This document shows positions 39,796 to 51,662 of a stretch of 51,662 bases of DNA, in pieces. Under the pieces are notes generated by a model. It saw only the letters and a list, made by a program, of their open reading frames with translations. It did no database searches and was not told where the DNA came from. This DNA comes from Octopus sinensis (lineage: Eukaryota). Every line of letters starts with the position of its first letter. The first letter of the stretch is position 1. The translations under genes were made by a program, and so were the position numbers. The stretch covers positions 1 to 51,662 of the forward strand of contig NW_021834211.1 in NCBI RefSeq assembly GCF_006345805.1. The letters run 5' to 3'.

Positions 39796-40210
39796 AGGCG
39801 CAGGAGTGGCTGTGTGGTAAGTAGCTTGCTAACCAACCACATGGTTCCGAGTTCAGTCCCACTGCGTGGCATCTTGGGCAAATGTCTTCTGCTATAGCCT
39901 CGGGTCGACCAATGCCTTGTGAGTGGATTTGGTAGACGGAAACTGAAAGAACCTGTCGGATATATGTATATATATGTATGTATGTGTGTGTATATTTGTG
40001 TGTCTGTGTTTGTCCCCCTAGCATTGCTTGACAACCGATGCTGGTGTGTTTACGTCTCCGTCACTTAGCGGTTCGGCAAAAGAGACTGATAGAATAAGTG
40101 CTGGGCTTACAAAGAATAAGTCCCGGGGTCGATTTGATCGACTAAAGGCGGTGCTCCAGCATTGCCGCAGTCAAATGACTGAAACAAGTAAAAGAGTAAA
40201 GAGTAAGAGT
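39796..40210 (+). mobile_element. Family A SINE, full length reference copy
   Basis: ggcgcaggagTGGCTGTGTGGtaag A box, GAGTTCAGTCCC B box, CORE-like cttgggcaaatgtct, internal microsatellite, (gtaaaaga) tail. Confidence 0.92.
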
Positions 40211-40239
40211 AATATATATACATATATATATATATATAT

Positions 40240-40635
40240 CAATAAGTATTCGGACTGTTGCTATATTAAGGTTGGTAAAGGACGCCTGGCACAGATTGAC
40301 CGTGGATTCTGCTGTACATGTGCACTAAGTTTTAACATTATAGCTCACTTCCGCTGTTTAGAGCAGTGCTTGGAAGGAAGGTGTGTAGCATGGGATCGTC
40401 GCATTCAACATGACAAATAAAGTTGAGCATAGAATCTGCATAAAATTTTACCGAAAGCTTGGAAATACCTACTCAGAGGCGTACGCAAAGTTTTCAAAAA
40501 GTTTTCATCGTTCTCGACACAAGGAGATTTTGTGCAACTAAAATCTGAGTGTCCTTTTGGTCAGCTGAAAGCAGTTTGGCACAAACTTGTCAGACACGCG
40601 TAAGCTAGAACTTTAAAACTTCTTTTACGTACCTC
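40240..40635 (+). mobile_element. Non-autonomous mariner derivative with an internal inversion
   Basis: ATG 40410 gives MTNKVEHRICIKFYRKLGNTYSEAYAK (mariner N-terminal HTH). 40488-40598 on minus gives VSDKFVP/LSADQKDTQILVAQNLL/VENDENFLKT (WVPHEL-linker region). Ends are approximate. Confidence 0.75.
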
Positions 40636-41667
40636 GGCAGTGCATATACCGTACGCGCAGGTTTATTAGAGGCATCCCAAATTCATTAACACATCTTCTG
40701 GAAAAAAGGGGTAAAAAAAAAAAAGATCTTAGTATATTTAATGCTAGCATATAGGATTAGGTTGTTAACTGGCAGAGTCAGTTGCACGCCTAACAACGTG
40801 ATTTGCGGTATTTGTCAGTCTTCATGTTCTGGGTTCAAATACCGCCGGCGATCGCTTCTGTTTTTTTTCCCCATTCATCCTTTCGGGGTCGATAAAATGA
40901 TTACCAATTCAACACTGGTAATCGACTTATCCCCTCTCCTGAAATTGCTGGCTGTGCCAAAATTTGATTATGAAAAGCTCTACTTCAGTTATAGGACCCA
41001 GAATGATTTTTAATCTTTTTTCTCTTCGTTTTGTAAAGAAAATAAAATTGTTTTATATGACATCAAGTGCAGTATAATTCTTTGCATCAAAGTGCAAAAT
41101 GTCGGGGCCTGTATTTGTTTTAAATAATTTTAATACTTGCTAATTGTATGAAGATTTAAACCCGAAAAATAAACGAATACTTACTTAATCAGGGTCGAAG
41201 AAGGTTGAAAATTACGGCTCTAGAACAATAGATATGTGGGTCGAGCGTAGGTGTAGAAGGGCCGACTGCATGTGAACCATAGATATGCTTCATAATGGCT
41301 GACTTAGAAGCTACACATCAGATAGTTCACGCACAGATAAAAACATTCATACATACATACATAATACACACTCACCAAGAGAAGCACACGTACACAAATA
41401 AAAACTTTCTCTCCCCCTCTCTCGCTCCCACGATCTCGCTCTTCCTGTGCCTCCCGCGCTCTCGATCCCCCTCTCCCACTCCCTTTCGCTCTTCTCGTTT
41501 ATTCATATGCACACTTTTGACAATTCACAAATTACGTTCTCTCCCTCTCTCTCTCTCTCTCTGCATGTGTCTTTCTATTTCTCTCTTCTTCCTGTTGTTT
41601 CTATTCTTTATTTTTTCTCCGGTTTCATTCTATTCCTCTCTTCTGTCTAATTCTACCCAATTTGTAT

Positions 41668-41899
41668 GTTTCTTTACTACCCACAAGGGGCTAAACACAG
41701 AGAGGACAAACAAGGACAGACAAACGAATTAAGTCGATTACATCGACCCCAGTGCGTAACTGGTACTTATTTAATCGACCCCTAACGGATGAAAGGCAAA
41801 GTCGACCTCGTCGGAATTTGAACTCAGAACATAACGGCAGACGAAATACGGCTACGCATTTCGCCCGGCGTGCTAACGGTTCTGCCAGCTCGTCGTCCT
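41668..41899 (-). mobile_element. Family B SINE, full length, with 18-bp TSD
   Basis: attctacccaatttgtat at 41650-41667 and 41900-41917. Confidence 0.93.
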
Positions 41900-42114
41900 A
41901 TTCTACCCAATTTGTATATCATTATACTTTAAAAAACAGCACAGATAATTGTTGTTAGTGTTGTCAAAAATTTATAGAGTTCAATCAGCACATTGATCTG
42001 GATAAGTTCATATTTTATGGGAAAGAGTGGAAGTCAAGGGTCTGGAACAACCACTTCTGACGGAGGAAAAAACAAAAGAAGCTTTTTTCTTCCATTCATT
42101 CCCATTTACATATA

Positions 42115-43064
42115 CAAGGTGTCCATAAAGTCAATTCTACAAAAGTACTCATTCTTTACCCTGAACAATTAGACATGATGGAGAATACAGTTTTTCAACA
42201 AGATGGTGCCCCTTGTCACTTTGCTCTGCAAGTCAGGCTGTTTCCAACTGAGAAATTCCCTAGAAGATAGATTGAAAGAGATGGACCATTATTTTGGCCT
42301 CCACATTTACCAGATTCGACTCCATGGGATTTCTTCTTATGAGAACATGTGAAAAGTATTGTTTATTCGGATCTTTTTGGTTTAAACAGCAGCTTTTTCT
42401 AGCGGTGTCATATGAAATTGTCACCCCTAATTATGACCCTAGTATCGATCTATTGCATTTCAATCTGTTTTAGGGTTTGGGTTAGTTAGGGTTAGGGGTG
42501 GGGGGAAGGGTATCTTTTTTCTTCACAAATGTAAATAAACCCAATCTGTTTCTTAAACGAGGGACATATTCATACGGCACAGAATGTTTTCTTTACCTCA
42601 ATAGACGACAGTGATTGGTTGAAATTGCAGAAATTGAAGAAAAAAAGCAACAAATATCTTACAAACTATAGAATTTTCTCAATAAAACCAAAAGAAAAAG
42701 ATGTTTTATAAACACATTCTACCAGTATACGAAGTTTGAAAATTTTTAGTTACCTAGAAATTATGTTAAAAACTGCCGTTCAAACCGAAAAGATCCGTTT
42801 ATTCAACTAAGCCTCGATTTTTAGAAGACTTAAAAGCAAGGTTAACTGATGTGATTGAAAGCGATACTGAAAATCAGTTGAAAAATGTTTTCTGAGAGCT
42901 ACAGAATCGTATTTCTCTTTGTATTAGAAGAAATGGTAGACATAATGAAAATAAACAAATTCAGGTCATTCTTCTTTCTCATCCTTTTTACGGATTAATT
43001 CTACCATGTATAGTTACGAAGATACAAGTATTTTAAATCGCACCACGATTTTGTGGACACCCTA
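42115..43064 (+). mobile_element. Internally deleted Tc1/mariner element, DD41D (rosa) type
   Basis: TIRs caaggtgtccataaagtc / gattttgtggacacccta. Reads FQQDGAPCHFALQVRLFPTEKFPRR*IERDGPLFWPPHLPDSTPWDFFL*EHVKSIVYS|TKPRFLEDLKARL, with 41 residues between D2 and D3. Confidence 0.88.
42369..42796. mobile_element. 428-bp MITE with GG...CC termini and an 8-bp TSD (Merlin-like), containing TTAGGG-like repeats
   Basis: TIRs ggatctttttggtttaaacagcag / ctgccgttcaaaccgaaaagatcc. gtttattc is duplicated at 42361-68 and 42797-804. Removing it restores the host transposase frame VYS-TKPR. Confidence 0.92.
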
Positions 43065-43449
43065 TTTTAGCGTATTGGTTGGCGTATGGTTATCTTCATC
43101 CCTGATACTCACAAAAGCTGCCCTCGTAGTTTCTCGTTCTTTTTCTTCCACACACCCACGCATATAAACCTAAAACAGTGCTTCTTAACCATTTTTTTTT
43201 TTTTTACCTATGGACTCTTTTATTCCTGTTTTACTCGAATGAACCATCATAACCATTCGAAGTTTTTTTAAAGCCTATTGGCATGGGTGTGTGGTAAGAA
43301 GCTTGTTTCGCAACCACATGGTTCCGGGTTCAGCCCCGTTACGTGGCACCCTGAGCAAGTGTTTTCTACTATAGCCTCGGCCCGACCGAAGCTTTGTAAG
43401 TGGATCTGATACGGAGACTGAAAGAAGCTCATCGCATATATATATACTG

Positions 43450-43510
<61 letters not shown>

Positions 43511-43742
43511 TTATGTGTGTGTCTTTGTGTCTATGTTTGTCCCCACCACCATCCTTTGACAGCCGATGATAATGTGTTTACGTTTCCGTAACTTAGCTGT
43601 TTGGCAAAATTGAGCGACAGAATAAGTACTAGGCTTACAAAGAATAAGTCCTGAGGTCGATTTCTTCGACTAAAAAAAGCCCCATTAAAGCGGTGCTCCA
43701 GCGTGGCTGCAGTCAAATGACTGAAAAAGCCCGTCGTATGTA

Positions 43743-43793
<51 letters not shown>

Positions 43794-43883
43794 AATATAT
43801 TAGAGACAAAACACTATTTTGCAAAACAAACAAGGAAAGACTTAATCAATACATAAAATTTTAATAAATAGTCAAAAAAACCG

Positions 43884-43927
43884 CCACTACAATTGTTTCT
43901 TGTCTTGAATCGACAATCTTCAGGTGG
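43884..43927 (-). ncRNA. Minimal type I hammerhead ribozyme motif
   Basis: ccac-CTGAAGA-ttgtc gattcaa gacaa-GAAAC aatt GTA-gtgg. All core nucleotides present, stem I 4 bp, stem II 5 bp, palindromic stem III ACAATTGT. Confidence 0.85.
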
Positions 43928-43974
43928 ACTTCCAATAAGTCAGTTTCATAATTTGAAAACTGACTATTGGAAGT

Positions 43975-44016
43975 CCACCTGAAGATTGTCGATCAAGACA
44001 AGAAACAATTGTATGG
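43975..44016 (+). ncRNA. Minimal type I hammerhead motif (mirror copy, 1-nt deletion after the cleavage site)
   Basis: ccac-CTGAAGA-ttgtc gatcaa gacaa-GAAAC aatt GTA-tgg. Confidence 0.65.
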
Positions 44017-44184
44017 CGGTTTTTTTGACTATTTATTAAAATTTTATGTATTGATTAAGTCTTTCCTTGGTGTTTTGCAAAATAGTGGTTTTGTCTCTAA
44101 TAATATTTTATATATTTTACTATAAAATTGGATTTAATCCTAAATCTGATTTTTCCCTGTAAATTTGGATTTATTCCCTAATAT

Positions 44185-44221
<37 letters not shown>

Positions 44222-44884
44222 TGTGTGTGTGTGTGTGTTGTGTGTGTGTATATGTTTGTGTGTTTGTGCTTGTCCCCAACATCACTTGACAACGATGCTG
44301 GTGTGTTTACGTCACCGTAACTTAGCGATTCGGCGTAAACGACCGATAGAATAACTAGGCTTACAAACATAAGTCCTGGGGTCCATTTGCTCGGCTAAAG
44401 GCGGTGCTCCAGCATCGCCACAGTCAAATTACTGAAACAAGTAAAAAAGAGCAGAGTAAAAGGAATATTCGGAATTGTATAAAAAGAATGCTAAAATATT
44501 TTGTATAATGTAGAAATGTAACCAATTTATTGCAGATGAATTCTAACAATGAAATCTTATACGGACCCCCAAAGGCCATAAGAACCCCAGTAGAGACCTA
44601 CTGTTTCAAATATCTATCTTGCTAACGATGTACTCAGTGACAAGACATATGCACTCTTCACGAGAACATTATAATTAGTCTCAAGGAGGAATTTCCCGCT
44701 AAGATTATTCTTTTACAGCTAGATATTTTTTTATTCTATTGTTCTTTTATTCTTTTACTTGTTTCAGTCATTTGACTGCAGCCATGCTGGAGCACCGCTT
44801 TCAAGGGATTTCAGTCGAATGAATCAAACCCTAGTACTTATTTCTTCTTTCATTCTTTTTTAAATAAAAACTTGGGTACTTAGT

Positions 44885-45110
44885 CTATCGTTCTCTGCTT
44901 CCACCTTTATGGATAGGGCATATGATGGATGCATTCTATTAGCTTTTTGGCAAGTTTACCACTAGCAATGAAACTCTGGAAGAGTATCTGAAGTGGTCCT
45001 GCTAATTCTTGTTTACATGACCTTAAGAAAATAGCTGGGAAACCATTATAGCCGGTTGCTGAGTTTGAGCTCAATTCATCTATGGTCGCTATTACATTTT
45101 CCTCTTCAAT
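44885..45110 (-). pseudogene. LINE (CR1/L2/Jockey-group) ORF2 fragment, just N-terminal to the RT core
   Basis: [53 protein letters not shown], then after a frameshift IICPIHKGGSR: matches the K/S-A-x-GPDG...LAxPL...PIHK pattern. Confidence 0.85.
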
Positions 45111-45125
45111 ATATATCTATATCTA

Positions 45126-45197
<72 letters not shown>

Positions 45198-45210
45198 AAT
45201 CTATCTATCA

Positions 45211-45307
<97 letters not shown>

Positions 45308-45308
45308 C

Positions 45309-45369
<61 letters not shown>

Positions 45370-46150
45370 TAGATAGATACATGCATACATACATACATGC
45401 ATGCATGCATACGTACATACATACGTACATACATACATACATACACACATACATACATACATACATACATACATACATACATACATACATACATACATGC
45501 ATGCATACATACATACATACATACATACATACATACATACATACATACATGCATGCATGCATACATACATACATACATACATACATACATGCATACATAC
45601 ATACATACATACATACATACATACATACATACATACATACATACATACGTACATACATACATACATACATACATACATACGTACATATATACGTACATAC
45701 ATACATACATACATACATACGTACATACATACATACATACATACATACATACATGCATGCATACATACATACATACATACATACATACATACATACATAC
45801 ATACATACATACATGCATACATACATACATACATACATACATACATACATACATACATGCATGCATACATACATACATATATACATACATACATGCATAC
45901 ATACATACATATATACATACATACATACATACATACATACATACATACATACATACGTACATACATACATACATACATACATACGTACGTACATACGTAC
46001 GTACATACATACATACATACATACATACGTACATACATACATACATACATACATACGATTATACATACATACATACATACATACATGCATACATACATAC
46101 ATACATACATACATACATACATACATACATACATGACGTACATACGATTA
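45111..46150. repeat. Compound microsatellite: (ATCT)n, (CT)n, (TA)n, (GA)n, then ~760 bp of (ACAT)n
   Basis: Read directly from the sequence; source of the YIHT/MYVC ORFs. Confidence 0.97.
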
Positions 46151-46239
46151 TACATACATATAGGCATGCACAAGTAAATATATGCGTACCTGCAAAATGG
46201 CGCATGAAGATGTCCACATATGGATTATTACGTACAACC

Positions 46240-46665
46240 AGGAGTGGCTGTGTGGTAAGTAGCTTGCTAACCAACCACATGGTTCCGGGTTCAGTCCCAC
46301 TGCGTGGCATCTTGGGCAAAGTGTCTTTTGCTATAGCCCCGGGCCGACCAATGCCTTGTGAGTGGATTTGGTAGACGGAAACTGAAAGAAGCCTGTCGGA
46401 TATATATGTATATATGTATATATATATATGTATGTGTTTGTGTGTCTGTGTTTGTCCCCCTAGCATTGCTTGACAGCCGATCCGATGCTGGTGTGTTTAC
46501 GTCCCTGTCACTTAGCGGTTCGGCAAAAATGAGACCGATAGAATAAGTACTGGGCTTACAAAAAGAATAAGTCCCGGGGTCGAGTTGCTCGGCTAACGGC
46601 GGTGCTCCAGCATGGCCGCAGTCAAATGACTGAAACAATTAAAGGAGTAAAGGAGTAAAGGAGTA
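46240..46665 (+). mobile_element. Family A SINE, full length
   Basis: aggagtggctgtgtggtaag head to (gtaaagga)n tail. Confidence 0.93.
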
Positions 46666-46744
46666 CATTGTCCACACTGCTTGCACGCTTAAACACTTCG
46701 CTTCCTACATCGCTTTTTTCTTTTTTTACCTCCTCTCAATATTC

Positions 46745-47166
46745 TCTTTTACTCTTTTACTCTCTTTTACTTGTTTTCAGTCATTTTGACTGCGGCCATG
46801 CTGGAGCACCGCCTTTAATCGAGCAACTCGACCTCGGGACTTATTCTTTTTGTAAGCCCAGTACTTATTCTATCGGTCCCTTTTTGCCGAACCGCTAAGT
46901 AACGGGGGACATAAACACACCAGAGCATCGGTTGTCAAGCAATGCTAGGGGGAACAAACACAGACACACAAACACACACACACGCATATAAATACATATA
47001 TACGACGGGCTTCTTTCAGTTTCCGTCTACCAAATCCACTCACAAGGCATTGGTCGGCCCGAGGCTATAGTAAAAGACACTTGCCCAAGGTGCCACGCAG
47101 TGGGACTGAACCCGGAACCATGTGGTTGGTAGACAAGCTACTTACCACACAGCCACTCCTGCACCT
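46745..47166 (-). mobile_element. Family A SINE, full length, tail-to-tail with the previous copy
   Basis: Reverse complement of 46240-46665 with high similarity. Confidence 0.93.
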
Positions 47167-47820
47167 ATATTTATTTATTTGTTTGTCTGTTTGTTTGTTT
47201 GTTTATCACCCTAATTCTGCCGGACGTCTGTGTGATATAGGCTAGTTAACAGTTTGGCAAGACTGCTGGAATGTCTAAGAGTGATGACATATCTTACATG
47301 TATTGCTGTGACAAAATTCGTAATACAATTCACTGTTACCAAGGCCCCCCACAAAACTACAAACGAAAAAAGAAAGAAGAGAAGAACCCCCCCACACACA
47401 TACACACACACACACACACACGCACATACACACACGTATAAGAAAACGGAGAATTACAAGACAATTTCTTCTATTGCTTCAAAAGCCAGTGTTTTCCATT
47501 CGGTATATATTGAAATTCCACGAGGTACAAATAGAAAGCTCACAGTGAAACGGATTTCTATGCGTGACCTTCTATACCTGACAGAATTATAAGAATGTCA
47601 TTTGATTCTACATTCGATAGTTGCCTCAGAACTACTTACACACACATGGACAGACAGACAGACACACACACATGCGCGCGCGAAAGCATGCACATTACAC
47701 ACAAGCGCACACACACATATATTACGTAGACACACATACGCACAGATATATATATTCACGCAGACATGTTTGTCTCTTTTTATAGGTAGATGTATATATG
47801 TGTGTGTGTGTGTGTGTGAG

Positions 47821-47878
<58 letters not shown>

Positions 47879-47984
47879 GTGTGTGTGTGTGCGTGTGAGT
47901 GTGTGGGTTTTTTGTGTGTAGATATATGTGTGTATGTATATATTTATGTATGTATATTACATGCATACATATGTATGTCTACAG

Positions 47985-48047
<63 letters not shown>

Positions 48048-48135
48048 TATATGTATATACAGATATATGTATGTGAATGTATATTTACATATAATATAAA
48101 TGCTTTTATCTATGTAAAGGTGTGCGCGCGCGCAA

Positions 48136-48194
<59 letters not shown>

Positions 48195-48249
48195 CACATA
48201 TACATACATATATATACTGATATGTACAAACGTATATATATATATACAT

Positions 48250-48280
<31 letters not shown>

Positions 48281-49204
48281 CTTATATGTACGCACACATA
48301 CACACATCTAAATGGTAGATATATGAGTGTATAGTATGCGCACACATATCTGTTTGGGTATATGTATATATACACACATATACATACATACATACATACA
48401 TAAATAAATACACGCATACACATATATAACACACACACATAATACACACACAAACATATATATATACATATATATATACACACAGACCACACAATACTTC
48501 TAATGTATTGCTTGTTTCGTGTAGGGCTTCATCTTTCTCATGGAATTTTCTTCACCTATGTTACATTACCTCGGCTGCGTTATAGTCGTTCGTATCCGGC
48601 ACATCAGTTTGTGAGAAGCCTTAGATATTTCATGTGCATCATCTCATAGCAATAATAGCGCTAAGATTGTTGACTGCCTGTCAGCCTGTAAATCTATGTA
48701 TTTGAATTTCTGTTTATTTCGGTTTATTTATATCTATCTATCTCTTTCTCTCTCTCTATATTATATATATATATATTCCAGCGCACTTAGAATATTTGTA
48801 GGTCTTCGAAATGTATTAAACTTTTCAAACTTCTTCATTAACTTCCTAACTTTCAAATTCTTTTTTTTTTTTCTTTTTTTTTTTTTTGCTTGTTTCTATT
48901 TTTCTATTCCGTTCGCTCGCTCCCATTCTTGTTTTTTTTTTTCCATTCCACTCTTAAAGATACAATCAAAGATATACAATCAAACAGAGGAACGGGAACC
49001 AGCAGCGAACAGTATTCGTCGCCTCTCAAACACGCGCGCAAAAATACACGCAGATATGTAAATATGTGTATATGCGGGTTTCTGTTATGGTTGCTTGTAT
49101 GTGTGTTTGTGTGGTGTTTATATGTGTGCATGGGTTCTGTGCGAGTATGTGTGCGTGTGCGCGTGTTTCTGGCTACTTCATTTTCTCTGCTTTCTCAGTG
49201 TAGC

Positions 49205-49850
49205 TTTCACTCACTCACTCACTCACTCACTCTCTCACTCACTCACTCATTCATTCACTCACTCACTCATTCACTCACTCACTCACTCATTCACTCACTC
49301 ACTCACTCAGCCACTCACTCATTAACTCAATCACTCATTCACTCAATCACTCATTCACAAACTTACTCACTCACTCACTCACTCATTCACTCACTCATTC
49401 ACTTATTCACTCACTCATTCATTCACTCCCTCACTCACTCATTCACTCAATCACTCATTCACAAACTTACTCATTCACTCACTCACTCATTCACTCACTC
49501 ACTCACTTACTCACTCACTCATTCATTCACTCCCTCACTCACTCAGTCACTCAATCACTCATTCACAAATTTACCCACTCACTCACTCACTCACTCACTC
49601 ACTCACTCACTCACCACTCACTCACTCACTCACTTACTCACTCACTCATTCACTCACTCACTCACTCACTCACTCACTCAATCACTCATTCACTCATTCA
49701 CAAACTTACTCACTCACTCACTCACTCACTCACTTACTCACTCACTCATTCATTCACTCCCTCACTCACTCATTCACTCAATCACTCATTCACAAACTTA
49801 CCCACTCACTCACTCACTCATTCAACTCACTCACACACTCACACACACAC
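49205..49850. repeat. Degenerate (TCAC)n microsatellite with higher-order repeats (cattcacaaactta)
   Basis: Read directly; source of the spurious 566-aa THSL ORF. Confidence 0.95.
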
Positions 49851-50049
49851 ACACCCTCTCTCTGTTTAAGCACGTTGTGTGTGTGTGCGTGTGTGTATGT
49901 GTGTGGTGTGTGTTCATATATGTTTGTATAAATATTTACATATATACCAATATACATGCATATATATATTCATTGTTGCTCCAGGATGGCCACAACCAAA
50001 TGACTGAAACAAGTAAAGCAGTAAAAGAATATATATTCTCACACATCTT

Positions 50050-50690
<641 letters not shown>

Positions 50691-51559
50691 TCCTTTGGTA
50701 TCCATCCCTCCATCCTTACATCATTCGCATCCTTCATCATCATGCACACCCATACATCAATACATACACATGCACGCACTGGCTCCCCCCACCCCCATCG
50801 CCACCACTACCACCACCACCACCACAGCACATAGTGTGACTCAGTACTCCCTTTAGCATTTAAATGCTGTATACATTAAATATCTTTTTGTGTCTATGGT
50901 ATTTGGTTGAAAATATATTTTGATTGATACACACACACACACACACGTACACACACACACACGTACACACATCATACTCGAACACGCGCACACACAAACA
51001 CACATACACACAGACACGCACATACACACACACATAAGCACAACTACACACTCATACGCACGCATATATGCATGCACAAACATATACACACGTTTGTAGG
51101 GATATGTGTGCTTGTAGACATATATATATATACATATATATGTCTATTTGTGTATATATATATATGTCTCATATGTAAGTATATATATATATATATATAC
51201 GTATATAAATACGTATGTATATATATGCGTATATCTATACGTTTATATGTATGTTATATATATATAATATATATATATACATATATATATACATATATAT
51301 GCATATATATACATATATACTTATATGTATATACATATATACATATATATATATACTATATATATACATAATATATATATACATATATATATATACCTAT
51401 ATATATACATATATATACATACATATATACATATATATACATATATATATATGTATATAACATATATATATGCATGTATATATATACATATATATGTATA
51501 CATGTAATATATATATACACTATATATGCATATATATATATATATATTCATATATATAT

Positions 51560-51662
51560 TGGTTCTTCTATATATCATTAATGGTCCGAAACTGAGTATT
51601 AATTACCATTTTGGTTGATAACTAATGAAGAATTAGGGACCCCTGTGTCTCTTCCCCCCGTC
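51560..51662 (+). mobile_element. (TA)n-adjacent element related to 13980-14058, running off the window
   Basis: tggttgataactaatgaagaattagggacccctgtgtct aligns with tggccgataactgatgagatgttggtgaccttctgcgtct. Confidence 0.5.

Larger units (their letters stand above)
43785..44190. mobile_element. Penelope-like pseudo-LTR fold-back with ~160-bp arms (43785-43946 / 43956-44116) plus tail
   Basis: Arms are near-perfect reverse complements around a ~9-nt spacer; (TA)n on both sides. Confidence 0.82.
43280..44460 (+). mobile_element. Two family A SINEs in tandem (43280-43726; 43727-44460, the second split at its microsatellite)
   Basis: The second copy runs aagcccgtcgtat-(TA)n-[insert]-(TA)n-(TG)n-ttgtccccaacatc...actgaaacaagtaaaa. 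Confidence 0.85.

Noticed and set aside
43176-44603. Possible hAT MITE (cagtg...tactg) enclosing the SINE/PLE nest
   Set aside because: The TIR match is weak and no 8-bp TSD is recognisable.

Overview
Repeat-dominated animal (eukaryotic) DNA. The SINE families and extreme microsatellite density point to an Octopus genome; this is inferred from recognising the repeats, not from a database search. Nearly every ORF in the supplied track is a translated microsatellite or SINE. The only host coding feature I can support is a 97-nt first coding exon on the minus strand (20260-20356, MACLSDWILRYGCFLWIFTWLSMDTHAKRTQT, signal-peptide-like, phase-1 GTGAGT donor), which is absent from the ORF track. If it is real, 1-20259 is mostly intron and the right part is 5' leader or upstream DNA. 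The rest is five tRNA-headed SINE families, decayed Tc1/mariner elements (DD37D, DD41D and a rearranged mariner), two GG-terminated MITEs with 8-9 bp TSDs (one a tandem trimer, one carrying TTAGGG-like repeats), LINE and Penelope RT fragments, minisatellites and two kb-scale tandem duplications. The most notable signal is a set of short (TA)n-embedded elements with hammerhead-ribozyme motifs. Three are fold-back palindromes carrying type I hammerheads (2570-2688, 35249-35380, 43785-44116), two of them on both strands. A second group has the hammerhead boxes in permuted GAAA...CUGANGA order with a bulged stem II (14001-14058, 14155-14202, 51583-51641), which may be an undescribed ribozyme variant. 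All folds were paired by eye and none was computed.
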